Counted from the first letter of the stretch, positions 1 through 9,080 are shown. The stretch is DNA of 14,932 nucleotides from Candidatus Eiseniibacteriota bacterium (GCA_052390515.1 JBQTGV010000128.1:1-14932), one strand, 5' to 3'. Notes: generated from the sequence alone by a model not told the origin. Program-made: numbers and translations.

Positions 1-171
1 GTCGTGACCTGCCCGGTGACCCTTGCCCTCCGCCACCTGAACGACCGCATCCACGACTTCCTGCGCGAGGTCACCCTCGCGGACATGATCCGGACGGGCG
101 AGCGCCGTGGGACGCCGGCCCCCCGCCGGGAGTTCCGGCTCGAGTTCCGACCACTACCCGAGGAGATCTGA
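1..171 (+). CDS. Rrf2-family transcriptional regulator of the SUF operon, C-terminal fragment (5'-truncated by the window)
   Basis: Not in the ORF track. Frame 1 reads [56 protein letters not shown]. The CP...LN..I..FL..VTLAD pattern is typical of Rrf2/IscR C-termini. Its stop TGA (169-171) overlaps the sufB ATG (TGATG), the usual position for this regulator. Confidence 0.8.
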   Translation, partial: VVTCPVTLALRHLNDRIHDFLREVTLADMIRTGERRGTPAPRREFRLEFRPLPEEI

Positions 172-1610
172 TGGCGACGACGGAACGGACGCTCCACGAG
201 TTCGCGACCCGGGAGTACAAGGAAGGCTGGGTCACGGAGATCGAGCAGGAGACGCTTCCGCCTGGGCTGAACGAAGACGTCATACGCCGGATCTCGGCCA
301 TCAAGGGCGAACCGGACTGGATGACCGAGGGCCGGCTCAAGGCCTATCGCCACTGGCTCGGAATGAAGGAGCCGAAGTGGCCGAACGTCGACGTGAGCCC
401 GATCGACTACCAGGCCGTCTCCTACTACTCCGCACCGAAGAAGGCGCTCGCCAGCCTCGACGAGGTGGACCCGCTGCTGCTCGAGACCTACGCGAAGCTC
501 GGCATCCCCATCGACGAGCAGAAGGCGCTCGCCGGCGTGGCCGTCGACGCGGTGTTCGACAGCGTGTCCGTGGCCACCACCTTCCGGGCGAAGCTCGCCG
601 AGCTGGGCATCATCTTCTGCTCGTTCTCGGAGGCCGTCCGCGAGCACCCCGAGCTCATCCGCAAGTACATGGGCTCGGTCGTCCCGTACTCCGACAACTT
701 CTACGCGACGCTGAACGCGGCGGTGTTCACCGACGGCTCCTTCGTCTACGTGCCGGAGGGCGTGCGCTGTCCGATGGAGCTGTCCACGTACTTCCGAATC
801 AACGCGGCGTCCACCGGCCAGTTCGAGCGCACGCTGATCGTCGCCGACAAGGGCGCTTACGTCAGCTACCTGGAAGGCTGCACAGCACCGAAGCGCGATG
901 AGACCCAGCTGCACGCCGCGGTCGTGGAACTCGTGGCGCTCGAGGACGCGCAGATCAAATACTCGACGATCCAGAACTGGTATCCCGGCGACGAGAACGG
1001 CAAGGGCGGGATCTACAACTTCGTCACCAAGCGTGGCATCTGCAAGGGCGCGCGCAGTCGCATCTCCTGGACGCAGGTCGAGACGGGCTCGGCCATCACC
1101 TGGAAGTACCCGAGCTGCATCCTGAAGGGCGACGACTCCGTCGGCGAGTTCTACTCCGTGGCCCTGACCGCCGGTCACCAGCAGGCCGACACCGGCACGA
1201 AGATGATCCACATCGGGCGGAACACGAAGAGCACGGTGGTGTCCAAGGGCATCTCCGCAATGCACGGGCAGAACACGTATCGCGGCCTGATCAAGGTGCT
1301 CAAGGGCGCCGCGAACGCACGCAACTACACGCAGTGCGACTCCATGCTCATCGGCGACCAGTGCGGCGCGCACACCTTCCCGTACATCGAGGTGCACAAC
1401 ACGACGACGCAGATGGAGCACGAGGCGTCCACGGCGAAGATCGGCGAGGACCAGCTTTTCTACTGCGCGCAGCGCGGAATCGAGACCGAGGACGCCGTCT
1501 CGATGATCGTGAACGGTTTCTGCAAGGAGGTCTTCCGGGAGCTGCCCATGGAGTTCGCTGTCGAGGCGAGGAAGCTCCTGTCAGTGAGCCTGGAAGGAAG
1601 CGTCGGCTAG
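171..1610 (+). CDS. sufB: Fe-S cluster assembly scaffold protein SufB
   Basis: 479 aa with SufB motifs [74 protein letters not shown]-terminal SLEGSVG. RBS GAGGAG just upstream. Confidence 0.99.
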   Translation: MATTERTLHEFATREYKEGWVTEIEQETLPPGLNEDVIRRISAIKGEPDWMTEGRLKAYRHWLGMKEPKWPNVDVSPIDYQAVSYYSAPKKALASLDEVDPLLLETYAKLGIPIDEQKALAGVAVDAVFDSVSVATTFRAKLAELGIIFCSFSEAVREHPELIRKYMGSVVPYSDNFYATLNAAVFTDGSFVYVPEGVRCPMELSTYFRINAASTGQFERTLIVADKGAYVSYLEGCTAPKRDETQLHAAVVELVALEDAQIKYSTIQNWYPGDENGKGGIYNFVTKRGICKGARSRISWTQVETGSAITWKYPSCILKGDDSVGEFYSVALTAGHQQADTGTKMIHIGRNTKSTVVSKGISAMHGQNTYRGLIKVLKGAANARNYTQCDSMLIGDQCGAHTFPYIEVHNTTTQMEHEASTAKIGEDQLFYCAQRGIETEDAVSMIVNGFCKEVFRELPMEFAVEARKLLSVSLEGSVG

Positions 1611-1684
1611 GCGCCGGCACACGTCGTCATCACGAAGCGCCGGCCGTGCGGCCGACTCACGTCGAACCAAGGAAGCCCTAGGAA

Positions 1685-2440
1685 ATGCTGCGAATCAAGA
1701 ACCTGCACGCCAGCGTCAACGGCAAGGAGATCCTGCGGGGTTTCGACCTCGCCATCCAGGCAGGCGAAGTGCACTCGATCATGGGTCCGAACGGATCCGG
1801 CAAGAGCACGCTCGCGCAGGTCCTGGCCGGCAAGGAGTCCTACGAAGTGACCGCCGGCGAGATCACGTACGACGGCGAGAACCTGCTGGAGCTGGATGCC
1901 GACGAGCGGGCGCGGAAGGGCGTCTTCATGGCCTTCCAGTACCCGGTGGAGATCCCCGGCGTCAGCACGCTCGAGTTCCTCAAGGCGGCCTACAACGCGC
2001 TGCGCGAGGAACGGGGCGAACCCGAGGTCGACGCGCTGGACTTCCTGAGCCTGGTGAAGAAGCGGCTGAGCGTCGTCAAGATGGACGACTCGTTCCTTCG
2101 TCGGGGCGTCAACGAGGGGTTCTCCGGCGGCGAGAAGAAGAGGCACGAGATCTTCCAGATGGCGGTGCTCGAGCCCAAGCTCGCCGTCCTGGACGAGACC
2201 GACTCGGGGCTGGACATCGACGCGCTGCGAGTCGTCGCCGACGGGATCAACGCACTCCGCTCGCCGGGCCGCGCCTTCCTGGTGATCACGCACTACCAGC
2301 GCCTGCTGGAGTACGTGAAGCCCGACTTCGTGCACGTGCTGGTCGACGGGCGCATCGTCAAGTCGGGCGGCAAGGAGCTGGCGCTCACTCTCGAGGAGAA
2401 GGGCTACTCGTGGCTCGAGGCCGGGGCGGGCGCGCGATGA
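1685..2440 (+). CDS. sufC: Fe-S cluster assembly ABC-type ATPase SufC
   Basis: 251 aa; Walker A GPNGSGKST, FQYPVEIPGV, signature NEGFSGGEKKR, Walker B LDETDSGLDIDAL, ITHYQRLL; lies between sufB and sufD. Confidence 0.99.
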   Translation: MLRIKNLHASVNGKEILRGFDLAIQAGEVHSIMGPNGSGKSTLAQVLAGKESYEVTAGEITYDGENLLELDADERARKGVFMAFQYPVEIPGVSTLEFLKAAYNALREERGEPEVDALDFLSLVKKRLSVVKMDDSFLRRGVNEGFSGGEKKRHEIFQMAVLEPKLAVLDETDSGLDIDALRVVADGINALRSPGRAFLVITHYQRLLEYVKPDFVHVLVDGRIVKSGGKELALTLEEKGYSWLEAGAGAR

Positions 2441-3774
2441 CGGCAAGCACCCTCACCCCGACCCTGCGGGATCTCGCCGCGTCGCTCGGGAACGGGCGCG
2501 GAGAAGCGGCTCCCGCGTGGGTGGGCAGCCTCCGCCGCCGCGGTCTGGCGCGCTTCGACGAGCTCGGCCTGCCGACGCTCCGCGACGAGGACTGGCGCTT
2601 CACCGATCTCCAGCCCATCACTTCGGGGAGCTTCGCGCTGGGCCGTGGTGACGCCTCCGCCGTCGACGCCCAGCGGATCGAGCGCTTCGCCTTCCCGGAT
2701 CTCGCCGGACCGCGTCTCGTGTTCGTCGACGGCCGCTTCGCGCCGGCCCTCTCCCGGATCGGACGGCTGCCGAAGGGCGTGGAAGTCGGCAGCCTCGCCG
2801 CGGCGGTCCGCGAACGGCAGGCGATCGTCGAGCCGCACCTCGACCGGCTCACCGGGACGCGCTCGGAAGCGCTCACCGCGCTCTCCTCCGCGTTCCTGGA
2901 GGACGGGCTCTTCGTCCACGTTCCCGAGGACGCGGTCCTGGACGGCGCGGTCCACGCGCTCTACGTCACCACGCCGGGCTGTCCCTCCCTCGTCCACCCG
3001 CGCAACCTGGTGATCGTCGGTCGCCGCGCGCGGGCCGCGGTCGTCGAGGACTACGTGTCTCTCGACGACACTGCGACGTTCACCAACGCGGTCACCGAAG
3101 TGGTGGTCGACGACGGAGCCGCGTGCGAGCACTACGTCATCGAGCGCGAGAACGACGACGCCGTCTCGGTCACGACGCTGCATTCCGAGCAGGGCCGGGA
3201 GACCCGCTTCCACTCGCACTCCGCGCTGCTGGGCGGAGCGTTCGTCCGCAACAACGTGTACCCGGTGCTTCGCGGCGAGGGCGGCTGGTGCCTGCTCAAC
3301 GGTTTCTACGTCCCGCGCGGCCGCCAGCACCACGACACGTTCATGGTGGTGCGCCACGCCGCTCCGCGCTGCGACAGTCGGCAGTTCTACCGCGGCCTGC
3401 TGGACGATCACTCGCGCGGCGTCTTCAGCGGGAGGATCGTGGTGCACGAGGGAGCGCAGAAGACCGACGCGAAGCAGACCAACCGCAACATCCTGCTGTC
3501 GGACGATGCGCTGATCGACACCAAGCCGCAGCTCGAGATCTACGCCGACGACGTCAAGTGCACGCACGGTGCGACGGTCGGACAGCTGGACGCCGACGCG
3601 GTGTTCTACCTGCGTGCGCGGGGGATCCCCGAGCAGACCGCCCGCGGGCTGCTCATCTTCGCCTTCGTGAACGAGGTCGCCGACCGCATGGAGGTGGAAC
3701 CGGTGCGCCGGGAGCTTCGCCGCATCCTGAAGGCGCGGCTGCCGGGAGCGCGCCCCACGGAGGGAGCGGAGTGA
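2437..3774 (+). CDS. sufD: Fe-S cluster assembly protein SufD
   Basis: 445 aa from the ATG at 2437 (ATGA overlap with sufC stop, preferred over the track's 2410 start). Motifs LPTLRDEDWRFT, AQKTDAKQTNRNILLS, DTKPQLEIYADDVKCTHGATVGQLD, FYLRARGI. Confidence 0.97.
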   Translation: MTASTLTPTLRDLAASLGNGRGEAAPAWVGSLRRRGLARFDELGLPTLRDEDWRFTDLQPITSGSFALGRGDASAVDAQRIERFAFPDLAGPRLVFVDGRFAPALSRIGRLPKGVEVGSLAAAVRERQAIVEPHLDRLTGTRSEALTALSSAFLEDGLFVHVPEDAVLDGAVHALYVTTPGCPSLVHPRNLVIVGRRARAAVVEDYVSLDDTATFTNAVTEVVVDDGAACEHYVIERENDDAVSVTTLHSEQGRETRFHSHSALLGGAFVRNNVYPVLRGEGGWCLLNGFYVPRGRQHHDTFMVVRHAAPRCDSRQFYRGLLDDHSRGVFSGRIVVHEGAQKTDAKQTNRNILLSDDALIDTKPQLEIYADDVKCTHGATVGQLDADAVFYLRARGIPEQTARGLLIFAFVNEVADRMEVEPVRRELRRILKARLPGARPTEGAE

Positions 3775-5033
3775 CGCGAGTGGCACGGAGCACGATGAGC
3801 CCACCCAGGGAGACGCCGCTGGACGTGGAGCAGATCCGGGAGCGTTTCCCGGTGCTTCGCCGGCTCGTCAACGGCCGCCCGCTCGTGTACCTCGACTCCG
3901 CGGCGACGACGCAGAAGCCCGTCGACGTGCTCGACGCCGTGACCGACTTCTACTCCCGCATCAATTCGAACGTGCACCGCGGGGTGCACACGCTCAGTCA
4001 AGAGGCCACCGCGGCGTTCGAGGGATCGCGGGAAGCGGTGCGGCGGTTCTTCGGCGCACGTGAGGCCGCGGAGATCGTCTTCGTCCGGGGTACGACCGAG
4101 GCCATCAACCTGGTCGCACAGTCCTGGGGACGGCCACGGCTCCGCCCCGGCGACGAGATTCTGATCACGGAGATGGAGCACCACTCGAACATCGTGCCCT
4201 GGCAGATGCTCGCTGAACAGACCGAGGCGCGTCTCGTGGTCGCGCCGATCGACGACCGCGGTGCCCTTCGGGTGGACGAGATGGAGGCGATGATCGGCGA
4301 GCGCACGCGCATCGTCTCGATGGTGCACGTCTCCAACGCGCTCGGCACGGTGAACCCGGTCCGACGCGTCGCAGAGCGCGCCAGGGCGGCCGGCGCCGTG
4401 ACCGTGATCGACGGAGCGCAGGCTGCGGCTCACCTCGCCGTCGACGTGCGGGAGCTCGGCTGCGACTTCTACGCCATTTCCGGACACAAGATGTTCGCAC
4501 CGACCGGGATCGGCGCGCTGTACGGGCGCCGGGAGCTCCTCGAGGCGATGCCGCCCTGGCAGGGCGGCGGCGACATGATCAAGTCGGTCACGTTCGAGCG
4601 CACACTGTACAACGACGTCCCCCACCGGTTCGAGGCGGGCACCCCCGACATCGGCGGCGCCGTGGGCCTCGCCGCGGCCGTCGCGTTCCTCGGCAGGCTC
4701 GGGACGGACCGGATCCGCGCGCACGAGCTCGAGCTGCTGGAGTACGGGACCGCGGCGCTGGAGTCGGTGCCGGGGCTCCGTCTCATCGGCACGGCGGGCG
4801 AGAAGTCCGGCGTGCTCTCGTTCGTGCTGGACGGTATCCACGCCCACGACATCGGTACGGTCCTGGATCACGGCGGCGTGGCCGTTCGCACCGGCCATCA
4901 CTGCGCGCAGCCGGTCATGGACCGCTTCCGCGTACCGGCCACGGCCCGCGCCTCGCTCTCGGTCTTCAACGACAAGGACGACCTGGACGCGCTGCTCGCC
5001 GGTCTGGAGCGCGTCCGCACGCTGTTCCGATGA
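3771..5033 (+). CDS. sufS: Group II cysteine desulfurase SufS
   Basis: Motifs YLDSAATTQKP, NVHRG, RGTTEAIN, EHHSNIVPW, DGAQ, PLP-lysine SGHKM, FEAGTP, group II catalytic RTGHHCA. Start is GTG 3771 (GTGA overlap with sufD stop) or ATG 3795. The track's 3123 start is a spurious extension through sufD. Confidence 0.97.
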   Translation: MTRVARSTMSPPRETPLDVEQIRERFPVLRRLVNGRPLVYLDSAATTQKPVDVLDAVTDFYSRINSNVHRGVHTLSQEATAAFEGSREAVRRFFGAREAAEIVFVRGTTEAINLVAQSWGRPRLRPGDEILITEMEHHSNIVPWQMLAEQTEARLVVAPIDDRGALRVDEMEAMIGERTRIVSMVHVSNALGTVNPVRRVAERARAAGAVTVIDGAQAAAHLAVDVRELGCDFYAISGHKMFAPTGIGALYGRRELLEAMPPWQGGGDMIKSVTFERTLYNDVPHRFEAGTPDIGGAVGLAAAVAFLGRLGTDRIRAHELELLEYGTAALESVPGLRLIGTAGEKSGVLSFVLDGIHAHDIGTVLDHGGVAVRTGHHCAQPVMDRFRVPATARASLSVFNDKDDLDALLAGLERVRTLFR

Positions 5034-5043
5034 GGAGGAACCG

Positions 5044-5502
5044 TTGTCGCACGATCTGAGCGAGCTCTACCAGCAGGTGATCCTGGATCACCACAGGAAG
5101 CCCCGCAACTACGGGAAGCTCGCGGCGGCGGACCATGCGGCGGAGGGCTACAATCCGCTGTGCGGCGACCGGATCCGGGTGGAGCTGCGCCTCTCCAGCG
5201 ATGGCCGCCTGGCGGACGTCGGGTTCACCGGAGCCGGCTGCGCGATCTGCACGGCCTCGGCCTCCCTCATGACCGAGCACCTCCGGGACAAGACCCCCGA
5301 GCAGATCCTGCGGACCTTCGAGGGATTCACCGGGCTCGTCACCGGACAGCGCGACGTCGCAGACGAAGAGGACGTCGTCGGCAAGCTCGTGGTCTTCGCC
5401 GGCGTGCGGGAATTCCCGGTGCGGGTGAAGTGCGCCACCCTCCCCTGGCACACGCTGCGCGCAGCGCTCGAGCGGCGCCCGGAACCGGTCACCACGGAGT
5501 GA
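5044..5502 (+). CDS. sufU: SUF system sulfur-transfer protein SufU (NifU/IscU N-terminal family)
   Basis: 152 aa, TTG start with RBS GAGGAGG at 5032-5038. Motifs LYQQVILDH..KPRN, NPLCGD, GCAIC.ASASLM, RVKCATLPW; lacks the IscU LPPVK motif; directly follows sufS. Confidence 0.95.
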   Translation: MSHDLSELYQQVILDHHRKPRNYGKLAAADHAAEGYNPLCGDRIRVELRLSSDGRLADVGFTGAGCAICTASASLMTEHLRDKTPEQILRTFEGFTGLVTGQRDVADEEDVVGKLVVFAGVREFPVRVKCATLPWHTLRAALERRPEPVTTE

Positions 5503-5516
5503 GGAGAACAGACGCC

Positions 5517-5867
5517 ATGGAGCAAGGCGCGGCGAACGCCAGAGCACTCGACTACACCGGCAAGCCGGAGCTCAGGGACCCGATCGTCGCGGCCTTGCGT
5601 ACGGTGTACGATCCGGAGATCCCGGTCGATATCTTCGAGCTCGGTCTCGTCTACCGGGTGAGCGTCGACGAGGGCGGCGCCGCGAGCGTCGAGATGACCC
5701 TGACGTCACCGGCCTGCCCTTCGGCCGAGCAGATCCCGGTGGACGTCCGCAATCGGATCGCCGAGATCCCCGGTGTCGCCTCGGTCCGGGTGGACATCGT
5801 GTGGGATCCGCCGTGGAACCCGGACTTCATGTCCGACGCGGCGAAGCTCCAGCTGGGGATGTACTGA
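5517..5867 (+). CDS. sufT: DUF59 / SufT-like Fe-S cluster maturation protein
   Basis: 116 aa from ATG 5517 with GAGGAG upstream. DUF59 motifs VYDPEIPVDIFELGLVY, MTLTSPACP, VWDPPW...MSDAAKLQLG. Confidence 0.9.
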   Translation: MEQGAANARALDYTGKPELRDPIVAALRTVYDPEIPVDIFELGLVYRVSVDEGGAASVEMTLTSPACPSAEQIPVDVRNRIAEIPGVASVRVDIVWDPPWNPDFMSDAAKLQLGMY

Positions 5868-5925
5868 TGTCGGACCTTCGGGCACGATGCGCAGGACGGC
5901 GTCGCGCGCGGCGGGACGAGCCGCT

Positions 5926-6168
5926 TCACGGAACGATGCGGTTCCCGGAGGAGTCGGTCACCTCGAGTGCTTCCACCGGGCAGACCTGGCAGGCCTCGAC
6001 GATCCGTTCCGGCCCGACCGCGTCCGCCCCGGCAGCGAACGACGCGACCGACTCCGCGTCGAACTCGAACAAGGATGGAGCGACCTTGATGCAGTTCCCC
6101 GAGCTGATGCAGCCGTCTCGGTCGATGCACACCGTGAGATCGCCGATTCGCCGTTCCACCGTGGCCAT
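5926..6168 (-). CDS. Small monocluster ferredoxin, probably [3Fe-4S]
   Basis: 80 aa with IDRDGCISSGNCIKVAP.LF and EACQVCPVEAL: C-x2-S-x2-C...CP, the second cluster Cys replaced by Ser. Purine-rich RBS and a promoter candidate upstream. Confidence 0.88.
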   Translation of the reverse strand: MATVERRIGDLTVCIDRDGCISSGNCIKVAPSLFEFDAESVASFAAGADAVGPERIVEACQVCPVEALEVTDSSGNRIVP

Positions 6169-6189
6169 GGCCCCCCCCTTCGGCGCGGG

Positions 6190-6218
6190 AGCCTACCGGG
6201 AAGGGACCGTCCCGGCAA
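6190..6218 (-). promoter_or_regulatory. Candidate sigma70-type promoter of the ferredoxin gene
   Basis: Minus strand TTGCCG (6218-6213), 17-nt spacer, TAGGCT (6195-6190), ending 21 nt before the ferredoxin ATG. Confidence 0.55.
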
Positions 6219-6240
6219 GGCGGTCCGGAAGGGCGGGGCG

Positions 6241-6594
6241 ATGAGCGCGCACGCGCATCCGGAGACTCCGATCACGCTGACGGAAGCCGCCGCACGCGCC
6301 ATCGTGGCGCGAGCCGCCCGCGACGGCCGGCCGGGCGCGCCGCTGCGCGTGAGGATCCAGGGAGGCGGATGCTCCGGGGTCACCTACAAGATGGACTGGG
6401 AGTCGGAGGCGCCGCGCCCCGATGACTTCGTCGTGGCCCGGGGCGACGCCACGCTGATCATCGATCCGCGGTCGCTCGTGTTCCTCAAGGGCTCGACGCT
6501 GGACTATCAGGCGGAGCTGATGCAGCAACGCTTCGTCTGGATCAACCCGAACGCGAAGAGCTCCTGCGGCTGCGGGGAGTCGTTCGCCATCTGA
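6241..6594 (+). CDS. A-type Fe-S carrier protein (HesB/IscA/SufA/ErpA family)
   Basis: 117 aa from ATG 6241 (the track's 5773 start is spurious). Motifs ITLTEAA, LRVRIQGGGCSG, IDPRSLVFLKGSTLDY, NPNAKSSCGCGESF. The subfamily cannot be fixed by eye. Confidence 0.95.
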   Translation: MSAHAHPETPITLTEAAARAIVARAARDGRPGAPLRVRIQGGGCSGVTYKMDWESEAPRPDDFVVARGDATLIIDPRSLVFLKGSTLDYQAELMQQRFVWINPNAKSSCGCGESFAI

Positions 6595-6612
6595 GCGGAG
6601 GCTTGGCGCTCG

Positions 6613-7644
6613 TCAGGAACGGTCGCCGACCTCCTCCTCCTCCTCGCCGAGCTCCTCGTCGTCGAACTCGTCCTCGAACTCCTCCTCGTCGTCCACCTCT
6701 TCCAGGTCTTCCTCCTCGTCACTGCCGTTGACCGGCGGCTGTCCTGCGCGCCGATCCTCGCGAGCTTCGCCCGAGCGCGGCTCTTCCCGGCCTTCGCCCG
6801 AAGGCCGAACGCGCTCCGGCCCGGAGACGAGCTTCAGGTTCACGGCCTGCAGATCGTCCTCGAAGCGCTCGGACTCCCGCAGGTCGAACTCGAAGATGTG
6901 GTCCCGGCTGGGTAGCTGGTGGAAGGCGACGTTCTTGGGTAGCTGGGAGTCGTGGAAGAATACGGTCGCGTAGGGGGAGTCCGGGTGGCGCGAGTCCGTG
7001 ATCCAGATGCCCGGACCCGACTCCCTCAAGTAGCGAAGGAAGCCGTACCCCTTGCCGCTGTGGTTGTAGCACACCCCTCGGGCCTTGCCGCCGTTCTTTC
7101 CCCAGGCCTCCCGCTCCTGCTGCGGTATGGGTAGTAGATTCGGAATCAGGAACCCGGAAACGAAGAGATCCGCCTCCTCGCGCAACACCTTCGCCGCCCC
7201 GTCGAACGCGACGACCTCGACGCGACAGCCGCGGCCCTGCACGGCGCGGACCAGGTCGGCCAGGTCGCCGTCGCCGGTGAGCAGAAGTACCCGCTCGAGG
7301 TGCTCGGTCTGGTCGAGCGCGTCCACGGTCAGCGCCACGCTCGTTCCGGCCCGCACGATCCGCCCGCCAGCCTCGTCCGACACGGTGTGGAGACTCCGGC
7401 GGATCACCTTGTAGCCGAAGTCGCGGAGCGTCGCGGCGAAGTTCTCCTGGCCGCGGCGGTAGCCCGCGTCCGCTGCGCGCTCATCGTCCCACGGCAGGTA
7501 GACGTTCATGCGGACGGCTTCGGCGCCGTCCCGGGTGGCGAACTCGCGGAGCACGTCGTAGCGCATCCCGTGTCCGCCGGACAGCGAGACGGTCTGTCCG
7601 TCGACGTAGATGCCCACACGGGCGTTGGAGAGCGGCACAGCCAT
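6613..7644 (-). CDS. NYN (LabA/DUF88, PIN-like) domain protein with C-terminal cold-shock-like OB domain and acidic tail
   Basis: 343 aa from ATG 7644 (RBS GAGGAG at 7656-7651). NYN-type motifs VGIYVDG, LRDFGYKV, VLLLTGDGD, GCRVEVVAF, LREEADLF; CSD-like KGYGFL and VFFHDS; D/E-rich C-terminus. Confidence 0.85.
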   Translation of the reverse strand: MAVPLSNARVGIYVDGQTVSLSGGHGMRYDVLREFATRDGAEAVRMNVYLPWDDERAADAGYRRGQENFAATLRDFGYKVIRRSLHTVSDEAGGRIVRAGTSVALTVDALDQTEHLERVLLLTGDGDLADLVRAVQGRGCRVEVVAFDGAAKVLREEADLFVSGFLIPNLLPIPQQEREAWGKNGGKARGVCYNHSGKGYGFLRYLRESGPGIWITDSRHPDSPYATVFFHDSQLPKNVAFHQLPSRDHIFEFDLRESERFEDDLQAVNLKLVSGPERVRPSGEGREEPRSGEAREDRRAGQPPVNGSDEEEDLEEVDDEEEFEDEFDDEELGEEEEEVGDRS

Positions 7645-7734
7645 GGGGGACTCCTCGGAGGAGATCGGTTCCAAAGCCTTCGATTCCCGTGCGCGACCGC
7701 GGGGGAACGCGGGCGCGGCGAATGACCTGAACCG

Positions 7735-7763
7735 ATGATCGGTGCGGGTTTCCCGGTCGTCAA
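7735..7763 (-). promoter_or_regulatory. Candidate sigma70-type promoter of the NYN gene
   Basis: Minus strand TTGACG (7763-7758), 17-nt spacer, GATCAT (7740-7735) in the 150-bp folA-NYN gap; strong -35, mediocre -10. Confidence 0.4.
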
Positions 7764-7794
7764 GGCCGATGCCATGGGGGAAACCCCGAAATCC

Positions 7795-8289
7795 TCAGAC
7801 GTCGGTTCGCTCGTAGACGCGGAACGTGTGGGCATGCTCGTTTCGGTCGTCGGCCGCGTGCCGTTCCTCGCCGACGAGCTGCCACTCACCCGGCGTGGCC
7901 TCCGGGAAGACCGTGTCTCCCTCGAGGTTCGCGTGCACGACGGTCATGTACACGCGGTCGCAACGCGGGAGGGCCATCTCGAACACCTCTCCGCCGCCGA
8001 TGACGAACGCTTCGTCTTCGCCCTCGGCGTGTTCCAGCGCTTCCGTCAGGGAGTGCACGACCTGAACGCCGGGCGGCGCCTTGTAACCGGGCTGCCGCGT
8101 GATCACCACGTTCGTCCGTCCCGGTAACGGCCGGCCGACCGATTCCCAGGTCTTGCGTCCCATGATGACGGTGTGGCCGAGCGTGGTGGTCTTGAAGTGC
8201 CGCAGATCGTTCGGGAGGTGCCAGGGCAGCCGCCCGCCGGCCCCGATCACGCGGTTCTCCGCCATGGCCACGATGCACGAGACGGTCAC
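7795..8289 (-). CDS. folA: Dihydrofolate reductase
   Basis: 164 aa from GTG 8289 (GTGA overlap with thyA stop). Motifs [60 protein letters not shown]. Confidence 0.97.
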   Translation of the reverse strand: MTVSCIVAMAENRVIGAGGRLPWHLPNDLRHFKTTTLGHTVIMGRKTWESVGRPLPGRTNVVITRQPGYKAPPGVQVVHSLTEALEHAEGEDEAFVIGGGEVFEMALPRCDRVYMTVVHANLEGDTVFPEATPGEWQLVGEERHAADDRNEHAHTFRVYERTDV

Positions 8290-9080
8290 ACCGAGACCTC
8301 GGCGCGGATCGCGGGATGGGGATCGTAGCCGTGGAAGCGGATGTGCTCGGCGTGGAACGCGAAGAGGTCGCGCACGTCGGGATCCAGCTCCAGCCGGGGC
8401 AGCGGCCGCGGCTCGCGGGTGAGCTGCAGGGCGGCCTGCTCCAGATGGTTGCGGTACAGGTGCGCATCGCCCAGCGTGTGGACGAACTCGCCGGGAAGCA
8501 GCTCCGAAGCCCGGGCGATCAGGTGCGTCAGGAGCGCATACGAAGCGATGTTGAAGGGCAGCCCCAGGAAGACGTCGGCGCTCCGCTGGTAGAGCTGGCA
8601 GGAGAGCCTTCCGTCCGCGACCCAGAACTGGAACAGCACGTGGCACGGTGGCAGGGCCATCCGCGGAAGCTCGCCCACGTTCCAGGCGCTGACGATCAGC
8701 CGCCGCGAGAACGGGTTCGAGCGGATCTCGCGCAGCAGATCCGAGATCTGGTCCACCACGCCTCCGTCTTGCGTCGCCCAGGAGCGCCACTGCCGTCCGT
8801 AGATCGGCCCGAGGTCGCCCTCCTCGTCCGCCCACTCGTCCCAGATGGTGACGCCGCTCTCCCGGAGCGTGCGCACGTTCGTCTCCCCCCGCAGGAACCA
8901 GAGCAGCTCGTGCACGATGGAGCGAAGGTGCAGGCGCTTGGTGGTGACGAGCGGAAAACCTTCGGCCAGGTCGAAGCGCATCTGGTGGCCGAAGATGCCG
9001 CGCGTGCCGGTTCCGGTCCGATCGGCGCGCTCCACCCCCTCCTCCAACACGCGGCGCATGAGCTCGAGGTAGTTCCGCAC
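8286..9080 (-). CDS. thyA: Thymidylate synthase
   Basis: 264 aa from GTG 9080 with RBS GGAGG at 9090-9086. Motifs [37 protein letters not shown], catalytic [26 protein letters not shown]. It is the real C-terminal part of the 2032-aa track ORF. Confidence 0.98.
   Translation of the reverse strand: MRNYLELMRRVLEEGVERADRTGTGTRGIFGHQMRFDLAEGFPLVTTKRLHLRSIVHELLWFLRGETNVRTLRESGVTIWDEWADEEGDLGPIYGRQWRSWATQDGGVVDQISDLLREIRSNPFSRRLIVSAWNVGELPRMALPPCHVLFQFWVADGRLSCQLYQRSADVFLGLPFNIASYALLTHLIARASELLPGEFVHTLGDAHLYRNHLEQAALQLTREPRPLPRLELDPDVRDLFAFHAEHIRFHGYDPHPAIRAEVSV

Noticed and set aside
1611-1684. sufB-sufC gap with short repeats (GCGCCGGC twice, CACGTCG twice) and a CGGCC-N4-GGCCG hairpin
   Set aside because: Too short and GC-rich to separate from chance; no U-tract and no recognisable RNA element.
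3123-3770. Long N-terminal extensions of sufS (also sufT from 5160, the carrier from 5773, folA from 8835)
   Set aside because: They overlap real genes in other frames; family homology begins at downstream starts supported by RBS or stop-start overlaps.
3781-3797. TGGCACG resembling a sigma54 -24 element at the start of sufS
   Set aside because: No GC at the -12 position (TGGCACGGAGCACGAT) and it lies inside a tightly coupled operon.
6593-6611. GAGCG-N9-CGCTC hairpin between the convergent carrier and NYN genes as a bidirectional terminator
   Set aside because: Only a 5-bp stem with no U-tract on either strand.
7640-7781. Direct repeat GCCATGGGGGA at 7640-7650 and 7771-7781, giving a second minus-strand ATG context
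   Set aside because: Short and low-complexity; the upstream ATG has no clear RBS and opens a featureless frame overlapping the NYN gene.
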